From positions 3,365 through 67,364 of the forward strand of contig JAFXHH010000010.1 in assembly GCA_017536475.1 (NCBI GenBank): DNA of 64,000 nt, read 5' to 3'. Source of the stretch: Clostridia bacterium (GTDB lineage: Bacteria; Bacillota; Clostridia; Oscillospirales; CAG-272). Below are positions 37,615 through 47,234 of the stretch, in pieces. The notes below the pieces were generated by a model. It saw only the letters and a program-made list of their open reading frames with translations, was not told the origin of the DNA and made no database searches. The number at the start of each line of letters is the position of its first letter. The stretch's first letter is position 1. Position numbers and translations under genes: made by a program.

Positions 37615-38856
37615 ATGAAAAAGACTATATTGAGACAGTATGCAAAAATGCTCGTCAAGTGCGGAATCGCGGTCAAAAAGGGTGACGTGGTCATCATCAA
37701 CGCGGGACTCGATCAGCCCGAATTCGTAAAGCTTGTGGTTGAAGAGTGCTATCGCGCTAAGGCGGCGAGAGTTATGGTCGATTGGTCCTATATGCCTCTG
37801 ACCAAGCTCAACGTGAATAATATGAGTGTCAAGATGCTTGGCACGGTTGAGGCGTTTGAGGAGGAAAAACTTAAGTACAGACTTGAGAAAAATCCTGCAA
37901 TGCTTTATCTCGTCAGCGACGATCCCGACGGACTCAAGGGCATCAATCAGAAGAAGTTTGCACAGGCGATGATGGCGAAGCAGAAGGTGATCAAGCCCTA
38001 CAGAGATCAGATGGACAACAAGTACAAGTGGTGCATCGCGGCGGTTCCCGGCGAGGCTTGGGCGAAGAAGATATTCCCGGGCGAGCGCAAGTCGGTTGCT
38101 ATCGAAAAGCTTTGGAATGCGATCCTTTACACCTCTCGCGTTATCGACAAGGACGGCAATATGCTCGACGCAGTCGGCGAGTGGGACAAGCACAACGAGA
38201 GCTTCGGACGTCGCTGTAAGATACTTAACGAGCAGGGTCTCGTTGAGCTCAGATACAAGTCGGCAAACGGTACCGATCTTAAGGTCGGTCTTATTGAGCA
38301 GGGTAGCTTCCTTGGCGGCGGAGAGCATACTCTCGGCGGCGAATATTTCAATCCCAATGTGCCCACAGAGGAGATATTTACCACTCCCAAAGCGGGTGTT
38401 GCGGAGGGTATCGTTTATTCCTCCATGCCGCTTTCCTGGAGAGGCGAGATCATCGATAATTTCAGCATGAGATTCGAGAACGGACGCGTTGTTGAAGTGC
38501 ATGCGGAGAAGAACGAGGAGCTGCTCAAGACTATGGTTAGCGTGGACGAGGGTGCTTCTATGCTTGGCGAATGTGCTTTCGTGCCTTACAATTCTCCCAT
38601 TCGCGAAAGTGGAATTATGTTCTACGAGACCTTGTTCGACGAGAATGCGGCTTGTCATTTCGCGATCGGCGAGGGCTTTACCAACACGATCGTTGATTAT
38701 CAGAAGTACACCAAGGAGGAGATGCACGCTATGGGCGTCAACGACTCCGCGCTTCACGTTGACTTTATGATCGGAACGGCTGATCTTTCGATCGTTGGTG
38801 TCAAAAAGGACGGAAGTGAGTTCGTTATCTTTGAGAACGGTCTTTGGGCGTTTTGA
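37615..38856 (+). CDS. aminopeptidase, M29 (AmpS/PepS) family
   Basis: 413 aa with a typical M29 N-terminus (YAKMLVKCGIAVKKGDVVIINA) and a conserved C-terminal HVDFMIG motif. Confidence 0.88.
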   Translation: MKKTILRQYAKMLVKCGIAVKKGDVVIINAGLDQPEFVKLVVEECYRAKAARVMVDWSYMPLTKLNVNNMSVKMLGTVEAFEEEKLKYRLEKNPAMLYLVSDDPDGLKGINQKKFAQAMMAKQKVIKPYRDQMDNKYKWCIAAVPGEAWAKKIFPGERKSVAIEKLWNAILYTSRVIDKDGNMLDAVGEWDKHNESFGRRCKILNEQGLVELRYKSANGTDLKVGLIEQGSFLGGGEHTLGGEYFNPNVPTEEIFTTPKAGVAEGIVYSSMPLSWRGEIIDNFSMRFENGRVVEVHAEKNEELLKTMVSVDEGASMLGECAFVPYNSPIRESGIMFYETLFDENAACHFAIGEGFTNTIVDYQKYTKEEMHAMGVNDSALHVDFMIGTADLSIVGVKKDGSEFVIFENGLWAF

Positions 38857-38903
38857 TTGTTTTGATTTTTGATTTTTAAATCTTATCGAAAGGGGGCTTC
38901 ACG

Positions 38904-40436
38904 ATGCCGAGAAGACCGAAGCCGAAGAACACTCTTTCGGCAGGCGAAAGAGTTGCGCTTTTTGAAGCGGAACAACAAGAAAAACAGAAAAGACTTTCGT
39001 CGGGCAAGGACGACGTGACGATTGCCTCCGAGGGTGAGAAGATTGCGTCTGCAAGGGATGAGGCGGTTGCGAAAAAAACGGCGCAAAAGAAGCTGCCGAA
39101 GCCTCAGCATGCGACCGTGAGGGTCGATTTTGCAATACCCGTGGGCGAGGTGAAGCCGATGCACTCTGCGTGCAACGGACCGAGGTCCTATGGGGCGGAT
39201 ATTTCGGGTGTTTTTAAGGAGATCGGGGTCCCGTTCGTGCGCTTTGACTGCACGGATACGGCTATGTCCGCACGTGCGGTCGATGTTTCGCGGATTTTTA
39301 AGAATTTTGATGCCGATCCTTCCGATGAAAAATGCTACGACTTTGAGTGCACCGACGCTTACGTTGAGGCGGCACTTTTGTCGGGTGCGAAGGTAATATT
39401 CAGGCTTGGAGAGAGCAGAGATATGCTTGAGCCTGAAAGGAAATTGTCGCAGTTTGACGATCCCGATGCGCTGGCGCGGGTATGCGTGAATATTATCCGT
39501 CATTACAACGACGGTTGGGCGCGCGGATACTATCACGGCATTGAATATTTTGAGCTTGGCGGACTTGGTGGGTCGGACGGTGGATTTGACAGATACCGAC
39601 ACGTTGCTAACTCGATCAAGCTTTACGATGAGAATATCAAGGTAGGTGGGCTGAGCTTTGACGGTTTTGGCGCTTCGGCTAAGACGTTTTTGAGATATTG
39701 CAGAAAAAATCGCGCGCCGATCGATTTTGTGACTGTCGATTGCTTTGCATCAGCCCCCGAGGCTGTTGGCGTTGAGGCGGAGAAGCTTGTTGCGCTTGCG
39801 CGCGAGCTCGGATTTGGCGAGCTTGAAATAATTGTCGGCAAGTGGAGCTATATTGACGGTGATGCTTTGTCGGGTTTGTCGCTCGAGAGGGCGCTTGCGG
39901 GTACTGCCGACGGCGGCGAGATACGGAGAAAAATCTTCGAATCGCAGAGGTCGGTGAAGGGCGCGGCGTTTGCTATGGCTTTGTTGCTTCGTCTGTCGCA
40001 GATCGACGGGATCAAGACCGCTTGCTTTTACGACGCGCAGCCGACGGTGTCTCCGTTTTGCGCTTTGACCGACCGGTTTGGAACTCCCGAGAATCCGTTT
40101 TACTCGTTTAAGGCTTACTCTGAGCTATATCGAGCGAAAAACGCGGTGCTTTGTGAGAGTGAGCAGGTCGAGGGCTTTTTACATACGGGAATTTATGCCG
40201 ACGCGGCGGTTTCGGACAGTGGGGAAGCAATCGTTGTGCTCTCTTCGTTTGGCGGCTGCGGAGTTATTGATCTGAGGCTTGACAATATTTCCGACGAGCT
40301 GTACAATGCCGATATTTACATGCTGGACGGCGTGAAGAATCTGACGCTTTGCGATTCGGTGCCGATATCGGGTATGAAAAAGCGACTTTTGCTCAACGTC
40401 AGTGAGTTTGGCGTTGTAATGGTGAGGTTGCATTGA
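38904..40436 (+). CDS. hypothetical TIM-barrel glycoside-hydrolase-like protein with a K/E-rich N-terminal extension
   Basis: 510 aa with no signal peptide. After about 75 charged residues, the sequence resembles clan GH-A/GH39-like enzymes, but only weakly by eye. Confidence 0.35.
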   Translation: MPRRPKPKNTLSAGERVALFEAEQQEKQKRLSSGKDDVTIASEGEKIASARDEAVAKKTAQKKLPKPQHATVRVDFAIPVGEVKPMHSACNGPRSYGADISGVFKEIGVPFVRFDCTDTAMSARAVDVSRIFKNFDADPSDEKCYDFECTDAYVEAALLSGAKVIFRLGESRDMLEPERKLSQFDDPDALARVCVNIIRHYNDGWARGYYHGIEYFELGGLGGSDGGFDRYRHVANSIKLYDENIKVGGLSFDGFGASAKTFLRYCRKNRAPIDFVTVDCFASAPEAVGVEAEKLVALARELGFGELEIIVGKWSYIDGDALSGLSLERALAGTADGGEIRRKIFESQRSVKGAAFAMALLLRLSQIDGIKTACFYDAQPTVSPFCALTDRFGTPENPFYSFKAYSELYRAKNAVLCESEQVEGFLHTGIYADAAVSDSGEAIVVLSSFGGCGVIDLRLDNISDELYNADIYMLDGVKNLTLCDSVPISGMKKRLLLNVSEFGVVMVRLH

Positions 40437-40440
40437 TATA

Positions 40441-40472
40441 AAAAGGAGTCTGCTGAGTGCAGACTCCTTTTT
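40441..40472. terminator. bidirectional terminator
   Basis: Stem AAAAGGAGTCTGC...GCAGACTCCTTTT. Confidence 0.75.
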
Positions 40473-40483
40473 GTGTGGATATG

Positions 40484-41434
40484 TTAGTCGATGTCCTCTT
40501 TTACTGTTTCGGGGGGATTGATGAGGGTTGCGGGGTTTTCTACGTATTTTTTGAAGGCTCTGAATGCGGTTGCATACTGGAAGCCGTCGCAGGTACGCTC
40601 GTCGGTAACGACCTTGAGGTCAACTACTTTTTTTGTGATAACGTTGCCGTTTCTGTCGAGCTCATAGACCTTACGCTTCGTACCGTAGGAAATAAACACG
40701 GGAAGATTTCCGAGGTTGTAAAGGTGGTGGTATATCGGTTTGATTCCGAGAGAGCCCATGCTCGTAATTATCATCGAGCCCCAGAAGGGAAGGCTTTCGG
40801 TGAGAGCCTTGGGACACCAACCGAAATAATCGAGCGCTTTTACTATACTTACTGCTGCTCTGAAGATAAAACGGGGAAGCTTGGAGAAGCCGTTTGCGAT
40901 GCCGTCTGTTTCATTTTTGGTCGTGGTTGCTCTGATTACCTGCTCATTAAATCTTTCGTACACATCGAAAACCGTATCGCGAGGATCGAAAATGACGTTG
41001 ATAGACGTTTCGGGAGCATCCATACTCATAGCCTTTTTGACGACCATAAGAACCTCGATCTTGTGGCGGGCGAATATTCTCTGACCGCTTACGAAACGGT
41101 TAAGATAGGGATATTGTGAGATCGTGCGGACGTATGCGGCGAGGATGACGTGGAGGAGCGAAAAACCCTCGTTACCAGCCATAAGCTGCTCGCGGACGAA
41201 TTCGTCTGCCTTGTCGATGTTTACCTCCTCGGCAAACTGATTGCAGGAGTCGTTTCTGTCCTTCATTACGAAGGGGGTTGCGACGTGAAGTCCGTCAAGC
41301 GTGCGGAGCTTTCTGCCGTCGCGGCGGTCGCCGAATCTGCGCTTTCTGACTTTATATGCGGGAGTGTCGTAGGTCTTGGGCCCTTTGGGGGCCTCTACCT
41401 CGGCAGAGAAGTTATTCTGAACTTCGGTTGTCAT
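40484..41434 (-). CDS. 2-oxoacid dehydrogenase E2 catalytic-domain-like acyltransferase (no lipoyl domain)
   Basis: 316 aa. CAT/E2-like C-terminal region with DERTCDG in the position of the canonical DHRxxDG motif. Confidence 0.55.
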   Translation of the reverse strand: MTTEVQNNFSAEVEAPKGPKTYDTPAYKVRKRRFGDRRDGRKLRTLDGLHVATPFVMKDRNDSCNQFAEEVNIDKADEFVREQLMAGNEGFSLLHVILAAYVRTISQYPYLNRFVSGQRIFARHKIEVLMVVKKAMSMDAPETSINVIFDPRDTVFDVYERFNEQVIRATTTKNETDGIANGFSKLPRFIFRAAVSIVKALDYFGWCPKALTESLPFWGSMIITSMGSLGIKPIYHHLYNLGNLPVFISYGTKRKVYELDRNGNVITKKVVDLKVVTDERTCDGFQYATAFRAFKKYVENPATLINPPETVKEDID

Positions 41435-41639
41435 ATTGTCGACTCCTTTAATTTCTATTGTGAACTATGTTAACATTATATTACATTTATGAACAAATGT
41501 CAATAGCGTGACGGAAAATAATTGAATTGGTATATTTTGGTCGATTTTTGACGAATGGCAGAAATTTTTCCAAGACTGCTTGATTTTTGTTCCGAAAGGT
41601 GATATACTGATTACGTCAATAAATTTTCAGAGGTGCTTG

Positions 41640-42080
41640 ATGAAACACGTTTACATATATACCGACGGTGCGTGCAGGGGGAATCCCGGGCGCGGAGGTT
41701 GGGGTGCGGTGCTCGTTTATGGGGGCAGGGAAAAGGAGCTTTCGGGCGGTGAGGCGATGACCACTAACAACCGAATGGAGCTTTCTGCCGTTATAGCGGC
41801 GCTTTCGGCGCTCAAGGAACCCTGCGAGGTCACACTTACGACCGATTCTCAATACGTGGTGAATGCTATTGAGAAGGGGTGGCTTGAGTCTTGGCGCAAT
41901 AACAAATGGAGAAAGAGTGACAAGAGCGCGGTGCTCAACGTTGATCTTTGGGAGGAGCTCGTTGCTCTCCTCGAGAAGCACGAGGTGTCTTTCGTTTGGG
42001 TGAAGGGACACAACGGTCACTCTTACAACGAGCGTTGCGATGCCCTTGCTACCGCCTTTGCCGATAGCTTTGAGCAATAA
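41640..42080 (+). CDS. rnhA: ribonuclease HI
   Basis: Starts [19 protein letters not shown], with TNNRMEL and [15 protein letters not shown] motifs. Confidence 0.93.
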   Translation: MKHVYIYTDGACRGNPGRGGWGAVLVYGGREKELSGGEAMTTNNRMELSAVIAALSALKEPCEVTLTTDSQYVVNAIEKGWLESWRNNKWRKSDKSAVLNVDLWEELVALLEKHEVSFVWVKGHNGHSYNERCDALATAFADSFEQ

Positions 42081-42084
42081 AAAC

Positions 42085-42116
42085 AAAGCCTTTTCCTTTG
42101 CGGAAAAGGCTTTTTG
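42085..42116 (+). terminator. intrinsic terminator after rnhA
   Basis: Stem AAAGCCTTTTCC...GGAAAAGGCTTT followed by a T-run. Confidence 0.8.
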
Positions 42117-42192
42117 ATTTGTGCCGATTTTTGTGGATTGATAATGACCGAAGGATAAGGATATAATTTATTGTAAAAAAGCAAAAAGTCTA

Positions 42193-42221
42193 TTGACAAA
42201 GGCTTTTGAGTGTGATATAAT
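42193..42221 (+). promoter_or_regulatory. consensus sigma-A promoter (TTGACA-17-TATAAT)
   Basis: TTGACA at 42193-42198, a 17-nt spacer, TATAAT at 42216-42221. Confidence 0.7.
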
Positions 42222-42300
42222 ATGAAAATGGAGTATCGTTAAAATGCGCTTGGTATGTTCTGTGCCGTTTGCGCTAGTTTTATAAATTTCGGAGTTTAAA

Positions 42301-43089
42301 ATGAACGACAACAAAAGTGAAAGAAAAGAGCTCTATGAGGTTGATGCACTGCAGATAGTGAAGATGCTTCTGAAGCGCTGGTGGGTGGTTGCCATCTCGG
42401 CGATCGTAGTTGCCGTCGCGGTTTTTGGATATGCACAGCATACTACCGTGCCGACGTATAAATCTACCGCTACCTTGCTTATCAATGGTGATAGCTCCGT
42501 GGGCTCAGTATATCAGCAAATTCTCGTGGGACAGTATCAGTCTAACGATTACCCTTATATTTTGAAGGCTAACGATACGTTGAACGAAGCAGTCGATTTT
42601 CTGAATGATTACGATTTTGAGGAAAACGGAGGAGTTCCGTACAGAGTCTACTCTGCAGGCGTGCTTTCGGGTATGGTCTCGTTTGAGGTGGTGGAGGACT
42701 CCCGTATTTTCCGTATAACCGTCACCAGCGTTGATCCCGAAGAAGCCAGAATAGTGGCAGAAGCGGTGTCAAAGGTGTTTATTGACCGTGCTGAGTACAT
42801 AACGAGTGCCGACGTTGCGGTCGTTGACAGTCCTCTTGTTCCTCAAGGTGCTGTTTCTGCAGGATACGGCAGAAAAACCACGCTCGGATTTCTTGTTGGA
42901 TTGGTCCTTGGTGCAGTGGTCGTCATTGCTTCGGGTCTTATGAACGATACGTTTGATTCAGATGAATGGTTGCTGACTCAGTTCAAGGATGATATCCCTG
43001 TTCTTGCGACTGTTCCCGACGCTTACTCGGAAACCAAGTCCTATGGATATTACCGGTCCTCTAAGGAAGGTCACAAAGAAAAAAAGTGA
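42301..43089 (+). CDS. Wzz/CpsC-type polysaccharide chain-length determinant (tyrosine-kinase modulator)
   Basis: 262 aa with an N-terminal TM after LVKMLLKRWW, a periplasmic-type domain and a C-terminal TM. Confidence 0.8.
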   Translation: MNDNKSERKELYEVDALQIVKMLLKRWWVVAISAIVVAVAVFGYAQHTTVPTYKSTATLLINGDSSVGSVYQQILVGQYQSNDYPYILKANDTLNEAVDFLNDYDFEENGGVPYRVYSAGVLSGMVSFEVVEDSRIFRITVTSVDPEEARIVAEAVSKVFIDRAEYITSADVAVVDSPLVPQGAVSAGYGRKTTLGFLVGLVLGAVVVIASGLMNDTFDSDEWLLTQFKDDIPVLATVPDAYSETKSYGYYRSSKEGHKEKK

Positions 43090-43142
43090 CGACGTTTTGA
43101 TGCGATTATAACGGTATTAATATTCTGTCGGAGATTTGATAA

Positions 43143-43868
43143 ATGTTTAAACTAAACAGAAAAAAAGTGGAAACCAAAGAAAAAAAGCGAAAGTTCGGCA
43201 AGGATCTGGACTTTGCATCGGTCGAAGCGTATAATCTGCTTCGAACGAATCTGTATTTTTCCCTGGCTGACGTTGCCGGAGGCAAGGTCGTGGGCGTAAC
43301 GAGCCCCTGCCCTCAGGAGGGAAAAAGCACTACGTCCTTGAACCTCGCTTATGCACTTGCGGCGGCAGGGCATAAGGTGGTGCTTATCGACGCCGATATG
43401 CGCCGTCCTTCCTTGGCGGGTGTTTTGGATATGCCTCTTTCACCGGGACTTTCCAATCTTTTGGTTGATGAAAATGCAGATGCTATACATGCCTCGGTGG
43501 TTCACGAGAATCTGTCGGTTCTTCTGTCGGGTGATATCCCGCCGAATCCGTCCGAGCTTGTGGTATCGGATAAAATGAAGGCTCTTATTGAGAAGCTTAG
43601 AGAAGCATACGATTACGTGGTCGTGGATCTGCCACCCGTTAATCTTGTGTCCGACCCGATAATGATGTCACGCCATCTCGATGGAATGATAGTTATCGTC
43701 AGACACGGATATACGAGACGCAGAGACGTCAACGACGCTGTTCGTAGCTTGAAATTGGTAAATGCTAAGATACTTGGTTTCGTTTACAACGGTGCTAAGA
43801 CCGCTAAAAAGCGTTACCGCAAATCGAATTATTACCATTACAGTTACTATACGTCGAACAAGAGTTGA
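43143..43868 (+). CDS. CpsD/CapB-family protein tyrosine kinase
   Basis: Walker A-like SPCPQEGKSTTSLNLA, Walker A' VLIDADMRRP, Walker B VVVDLPP and a C-terminal Tyr cluster YYHYSYYT. Confidence 0.88.
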   Translation: MFKLNRKKVETKEKKRKFGKDLDFASVEAYNLLRTNLYFSLADVAGGKVVGVTSPCPQEGKSTTSLNLAYALAAAGHKVVLIDADMRRPSLAGVLDMPLSPGLSNLLVDENADAIHASVVHENLSVLLSGDIPPNPSELVVSDKMKALIEKLREAYDYVVVDLPPVNLVSDPIMMSRHLDGMIVIVRHGYTRRRDVNDAVRSLKLVNAKILGFVYNGAKTAKKRYRKSNYYHYSYYTSNKS

Positions 43869-43935
43869 CCCAGTTGCTTTGCATATAATTTTTAGTAAAA
43901 TAAATCGATTATCACATACAATGAAAGGACTTATC

Positions 43936-44781
43936 ATGAAAAAGTTATTCAGTTTGTTTCTGGCTGTTGCCTTGATTCTTTCTATCGGCAGCCTTGCGCT
44001 TCTTGCAGGTGCAGATTACGTTCCCAGCGTTGAGTTTGACGACGCTCCCATTATCGTTACTCCTTCGGTTGCCGATGAGGATCTGCCCGACGATTACGAT
44101 CCCGCTGACGAGATCAAGGGTATTGTTACAAATGCCGAGGGTGAGAAGACCTACATTCCCGACAGCAAGCTTGGCGTTATTTCTGTTTCCGAGGCTCACG
44201 TTATCGGCGATGCCGAAGCGGATTATGACGAGGCTCTCATTGCGGCAAGCCGTAAGGTCCTTGAGATCTATAACGGTATTATCGATTCTTCCGTTGCAGA
44301 GGTAGTTACCGGTCTTGATTCGTTTGCTGCTTCGCTTGGCTTTGTTGCGCCCGAGTTCAGCGTCAAGAACGTGTTTGATCTCGATGCAGGCGTTGATCTT
44401 TCTGCCGAGGGTGACAGTATCAGCATCATATTCAAAAACAATATGGATGTTGTTGATGGCGGATTTGTTGTTGCGTGTTACGTCAACGACGCATGGACTA
44501 TCGTTGATGCGAGCAAGGTAGTATTTGACGGAGAGAACATTACCGTTGAATTTGACGACCTTTGCCCCATCGTTTTCGTTGCTGTTGAGGAGACCCACGA
44601 GGACACCACTACTGCAGGTGTTGAGGACACTACCGAAGATACCACAGCTCCTGTTATTGACGACGAAGAAGATAAGCCCAACAACACTTGGATTTGGATA
44701 GTAGTTGTATCTGTCGCTGTACTTGCAGCGGGCGGTGTTACCGTATACGTTCTCTGGAAGAAGGGTATAATCCATTTTTAA
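43936..44781 (+). CDS. hypothetical exported protein with a T/E/D-rich stalk and a C-terminal TM anchor
   Basis: Signal peptide MKKLFSLFLAVALILSIGSLALLAGA. Acidic Thr-rich segment EETHEDTTTAGVEDTTEDTT. C-terminal TM helix followed by WKKG. Confidence 0.65.
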   Translation: MKKLFSLFLAVALILSIGSLALLAGADYVPSVEFDDAPIIVTPSVADEDLPDDYDPADEIKGIVTNAEGEKTYIPDSKLGVISVSEAHVIGDAEADYDEALIAASRKVLEIYNGIIDSSVAEVVTGLDSFAASLGFVAPEFSVKNVFDLDAGVDLSAEGDSISIIFKNNMDVVDGGFVVACYVNDAWTIVDASKVVFDGENITVEFDDLCPIVFVAVEETHEDTTTAGVEDTTEDTTAPVIDDEEDKPNNTWIWIVVVSVAVLAAGGVTVYVLWKKGIIHF

Positions 44782-44943
44782 GTGATAATAGGTATCCTTA
44801 AAAACTATTAACGATAAACATTGACGCGCGTAAAAAAGCGCGAATCGACGGCAGTAGCCGAAGCGAACAAAAACAGCTGTTACGCGCTTAACCATTTTGG
44901 CGGTGCCTGTATTGGCCTCTGAAATAAGACGAATGGAGTGTGT

Positions 44944-45936
44944 ATGAAGAGAAATAGAAGAACTATCTTGCTTTTCACGGTGTTTTTGTTGTGTGTTGCT
45001 TTGGTTGCTGCCGTTTTGTTTAATCTTGACCGCATAATGTCAGCGATAAACGGGTCCCATGGTAATAATTCGGGCGACAGGACGGACACGCTGGATACCG
45101 TATATATTGACGGAAAGGCATATCGCCCGAAGAACACGGTCAAAAACTATCTGATCGTTGGAATAGACCAGTTCGGTGCTTCCGAGAGCAATGGATACGC
45201 TCAGGCGGATTTCGTTCTGGTATTGTCATTCGACAGCTCGGATAATTCTTATACCGTTATTCCGATAAACCGAGATACGATGACTGAAATCTTGGTGTAC
45301 GATGCCTTCAGCGGAGAAGCCAAGAAAACCGTGGCGCAGATCGCCCTATCGCATAATGACGGTACGTATACCGAAATAAGTAATACCAGAAAATGCAAAA
45401 ATACCGCAAAGGCGGTCTCTGATCTGCTTTACGGTATTGATTTTAAAAATTACGTATCGATGACTATGGATGCGGTCAGCATTATAGTTGACTATGTTGG
45501 TGGAGTTGAGGTCTACGTCGAGTACGATATGACCTCGGTTGACCAGAGGCTTGTTGCGGGTCAGACCGTAATGCTTGACGGAGAGCTTGCGCTGAAGTTT
45601 ATAGGTGCCAGAAGCGGAGTGTCCGACGAGACTAACGTGTCGCGAATGGAAAGACAAATGGCATTTTTTGATGCGTTTACCGAAAAAGCGAAAAGTGTGG
45701 AGATCGACGAGGAGATTTTGCTTGAATGCTTCGAGGACGTTGCGGATTATATCGTCACCAATGCCGACGACGGCATATTCAGGGAGATGAGCGAAAAGTT
45801 CTCGACATACGACAAGAAGGAAACGATCATTCCTCCCGGAGAAGCCAAGGTTGGTCAGAAATATATGGAATTTTACGTTGATGAAGAAGAATTAAAGGAT
45901 ATAGTTATCGATGTTTTTTACAAAGAAGCGAACTGA
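44944..45936 (+). CDS. LCP (LytR-CpsA-Psr) family protein
   Basis: N-terminal TM followed by YLIVGIDQFG...ADFVLVLSFD....YTVIPINRDT. Confidence 0.85.
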   Translation: MKRNRRTILLFTVFLLCVALVAAVLFNLDRIMSAINGSHGNNSGDRTDTLDTVYIDGKAYRPKNTVKNYLIVGIDQFGASESNGYAQADFVLVLSFDSSDNSYTVIPINRDTMTEILVYDAFSGEAKKTVAQIALSHNDGTYTEISNTRKCKNTAKAVSDLLYGIDFKNYVSMTMDAVSIIVDYVGGVEVYVEYDMTSVDQRLVAGQTVMLDGELALKFIGARSGVSDETNVSRMERQMAFFDAFTEKAKSVEIDEEILLECFEDVADYIVTNADDGIFREMSEKFSTYDKKETIIPPGEAKVGQKYMEFYVDEEELKDIVIDVFYKEAN

Positions 45937-45967
45937 CGGCAAAGAGGGTCAAAAGCCTTGCGATACA

Positions 45968-46696
45968 ATGGATCTGATAGATCTGCATTCGCACGTATTG
46001 CCCTGTGTGGACGACGGAAGCGAGAGCGTTGAAAGATCGCTTGAGATGCTGCGTTTTTCGTACGATCAGGGAGTCAGAAAGATAGTCGCTACGCCGCATT
46101 TTTATCCCAATATGACTAATCCTGAGGATTTTCTCGAGAAAAGGGGCAGGGCTGCCGAGGATCTTGCGGCGGCAGTTGCGCGGCAGCGGGAGCTAGGGGA
46201 GAAATTCCCCAGTGTTTGTTTGGGCGCGGAGGTTGCTTATTTTGACGGGATCTCAAGAAGCTCTGCTGTGTCCGACCTCTGTATTTTGGGCACGAAGCTT
46301 CTGATTGTGGAGATGCCGTTTGAACGTTGGAGCGAAACCAATGTTGGTGAATTGATCTCTTTGAAGGCAAGGGGATTTCAGCCCATAGTCGCCCATTACG
46401 ACAGGTATTGCTCATATCAGGAAAAGGGCCTTTTGGATCGATTGCTTGAGGGCGGAGTTGCTATACAGCTCAACGCTGAAGCTTTTTTGAGATTCGGAAC
46501 AAAACGGCAGGCTCTTGGAATGATATCGGCGGGGGCAATAAGCTTTTTGGGCTCTGATTGTCACAATATGACGACTCGTATGCCGAACTTGTCGGATGCG
46601 GTAAGCGTTATTGAAAAGTCTCTCGGATACGGTTGCGTTGAGGAGCTTATGACCGATGCGGCTAAAACGATCGAGTCTGCTGAAGTAATTGTTTAG
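45968..46696 (+). CDS. CpsB/CapC-type (PHP family) protein-tyrosine phosphatase
   Basis: The N-terminus MDLIDLHSHVLPCVDDGS and ATPHF are typical of CpsB. Start chosen by homology. The ORF is open from 45911. Confidence 0.82.
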   Translation: MDLIDLHSHVLPCVDDGSESVERSLEMLRFSYDQGVRKIVATPHFYPNMTNPEDFLEKRGRAAEDLAAAVARQRELGEKFPSVCLGAEVAYFDGISRSSAVSDLCILGTKLLIVEMPFERWSETNVGELISLKARGFQPIVAHYDRYCSYQEKGLLDRLLEGGVAIQLNAEAFLRFGTKRQALGMISAGAISFLGSDCHNMTTRMPNLSDAVSVIEKSLGYGCVEELMTDAAKTIESAEVIV

Positions 46697-46709
46697 ATTT
46701 GGAGGTTAG

Positions 46710-47165
46710 ATGAAAAAGAGATATTGGCTCGCTATAATTTTTGCACTTATAGTGTGCTTTATATGGGGCAATTCGGTTCTTTCCTCGCAGCTTTCATCTT
46801 ATCTGAGTATGGCGGTCGGAGAGTTTTTTGCTTCGATATTCGGCACGGGAGACGGCATGACCACGGTTGGCGGCCTTTCGGTCAGAAAGATGGCTCATTT
46901 TACCGAATTTGCGGCCTTGGGCGCCGTTGCGTCATTGCTTTTTAAACGTTTTTTGAAAAACAAGGGCATATACGCACTGGGAATTGCTTTGTGCGGTATT
47001 TTTGTTGCGCTTATGGATGAAACCATACAGATATTCAGCCATAGAGGCTCGTCGGTCCTCGACGTATGGATAGACGTTTTCGGATATGCCGTTGGTTGCT
47101 TTATAGTTGCGATGATCGTCCTTGCTTGTACTAAACTGAAAAATAAAAACGCACATACAGAATGA
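46710..47165 (+). CDS. VanZ family membrane protein
   Basis: 151 aa, 4 TM, with a DE..Q.F...R motif (MDETIQIFSHRGSSVLDVWIDVFG). Confidence 0.75.
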   Translation: MKKRYWLAIIFALIVCFIWGNSVLSSQLSSYLSMAVGEFFASIFGTGDGMTTVGGLSVRKMAHFTEFAALGAVASLLFKRFLKNKGIYALGIALCGIFVALMDETIQIFSHRGSSVLDVWIDVFGYAVGCFIVAMIVLACTKLKNKNAHTE

Positions 47166-47234
47166 TATTTGTCAAGACCTTTTTGTTCGTTCCTACAATT
47201 CCCCTTTTTTTGAGGGAAGAAGACAAAAAAGGTC

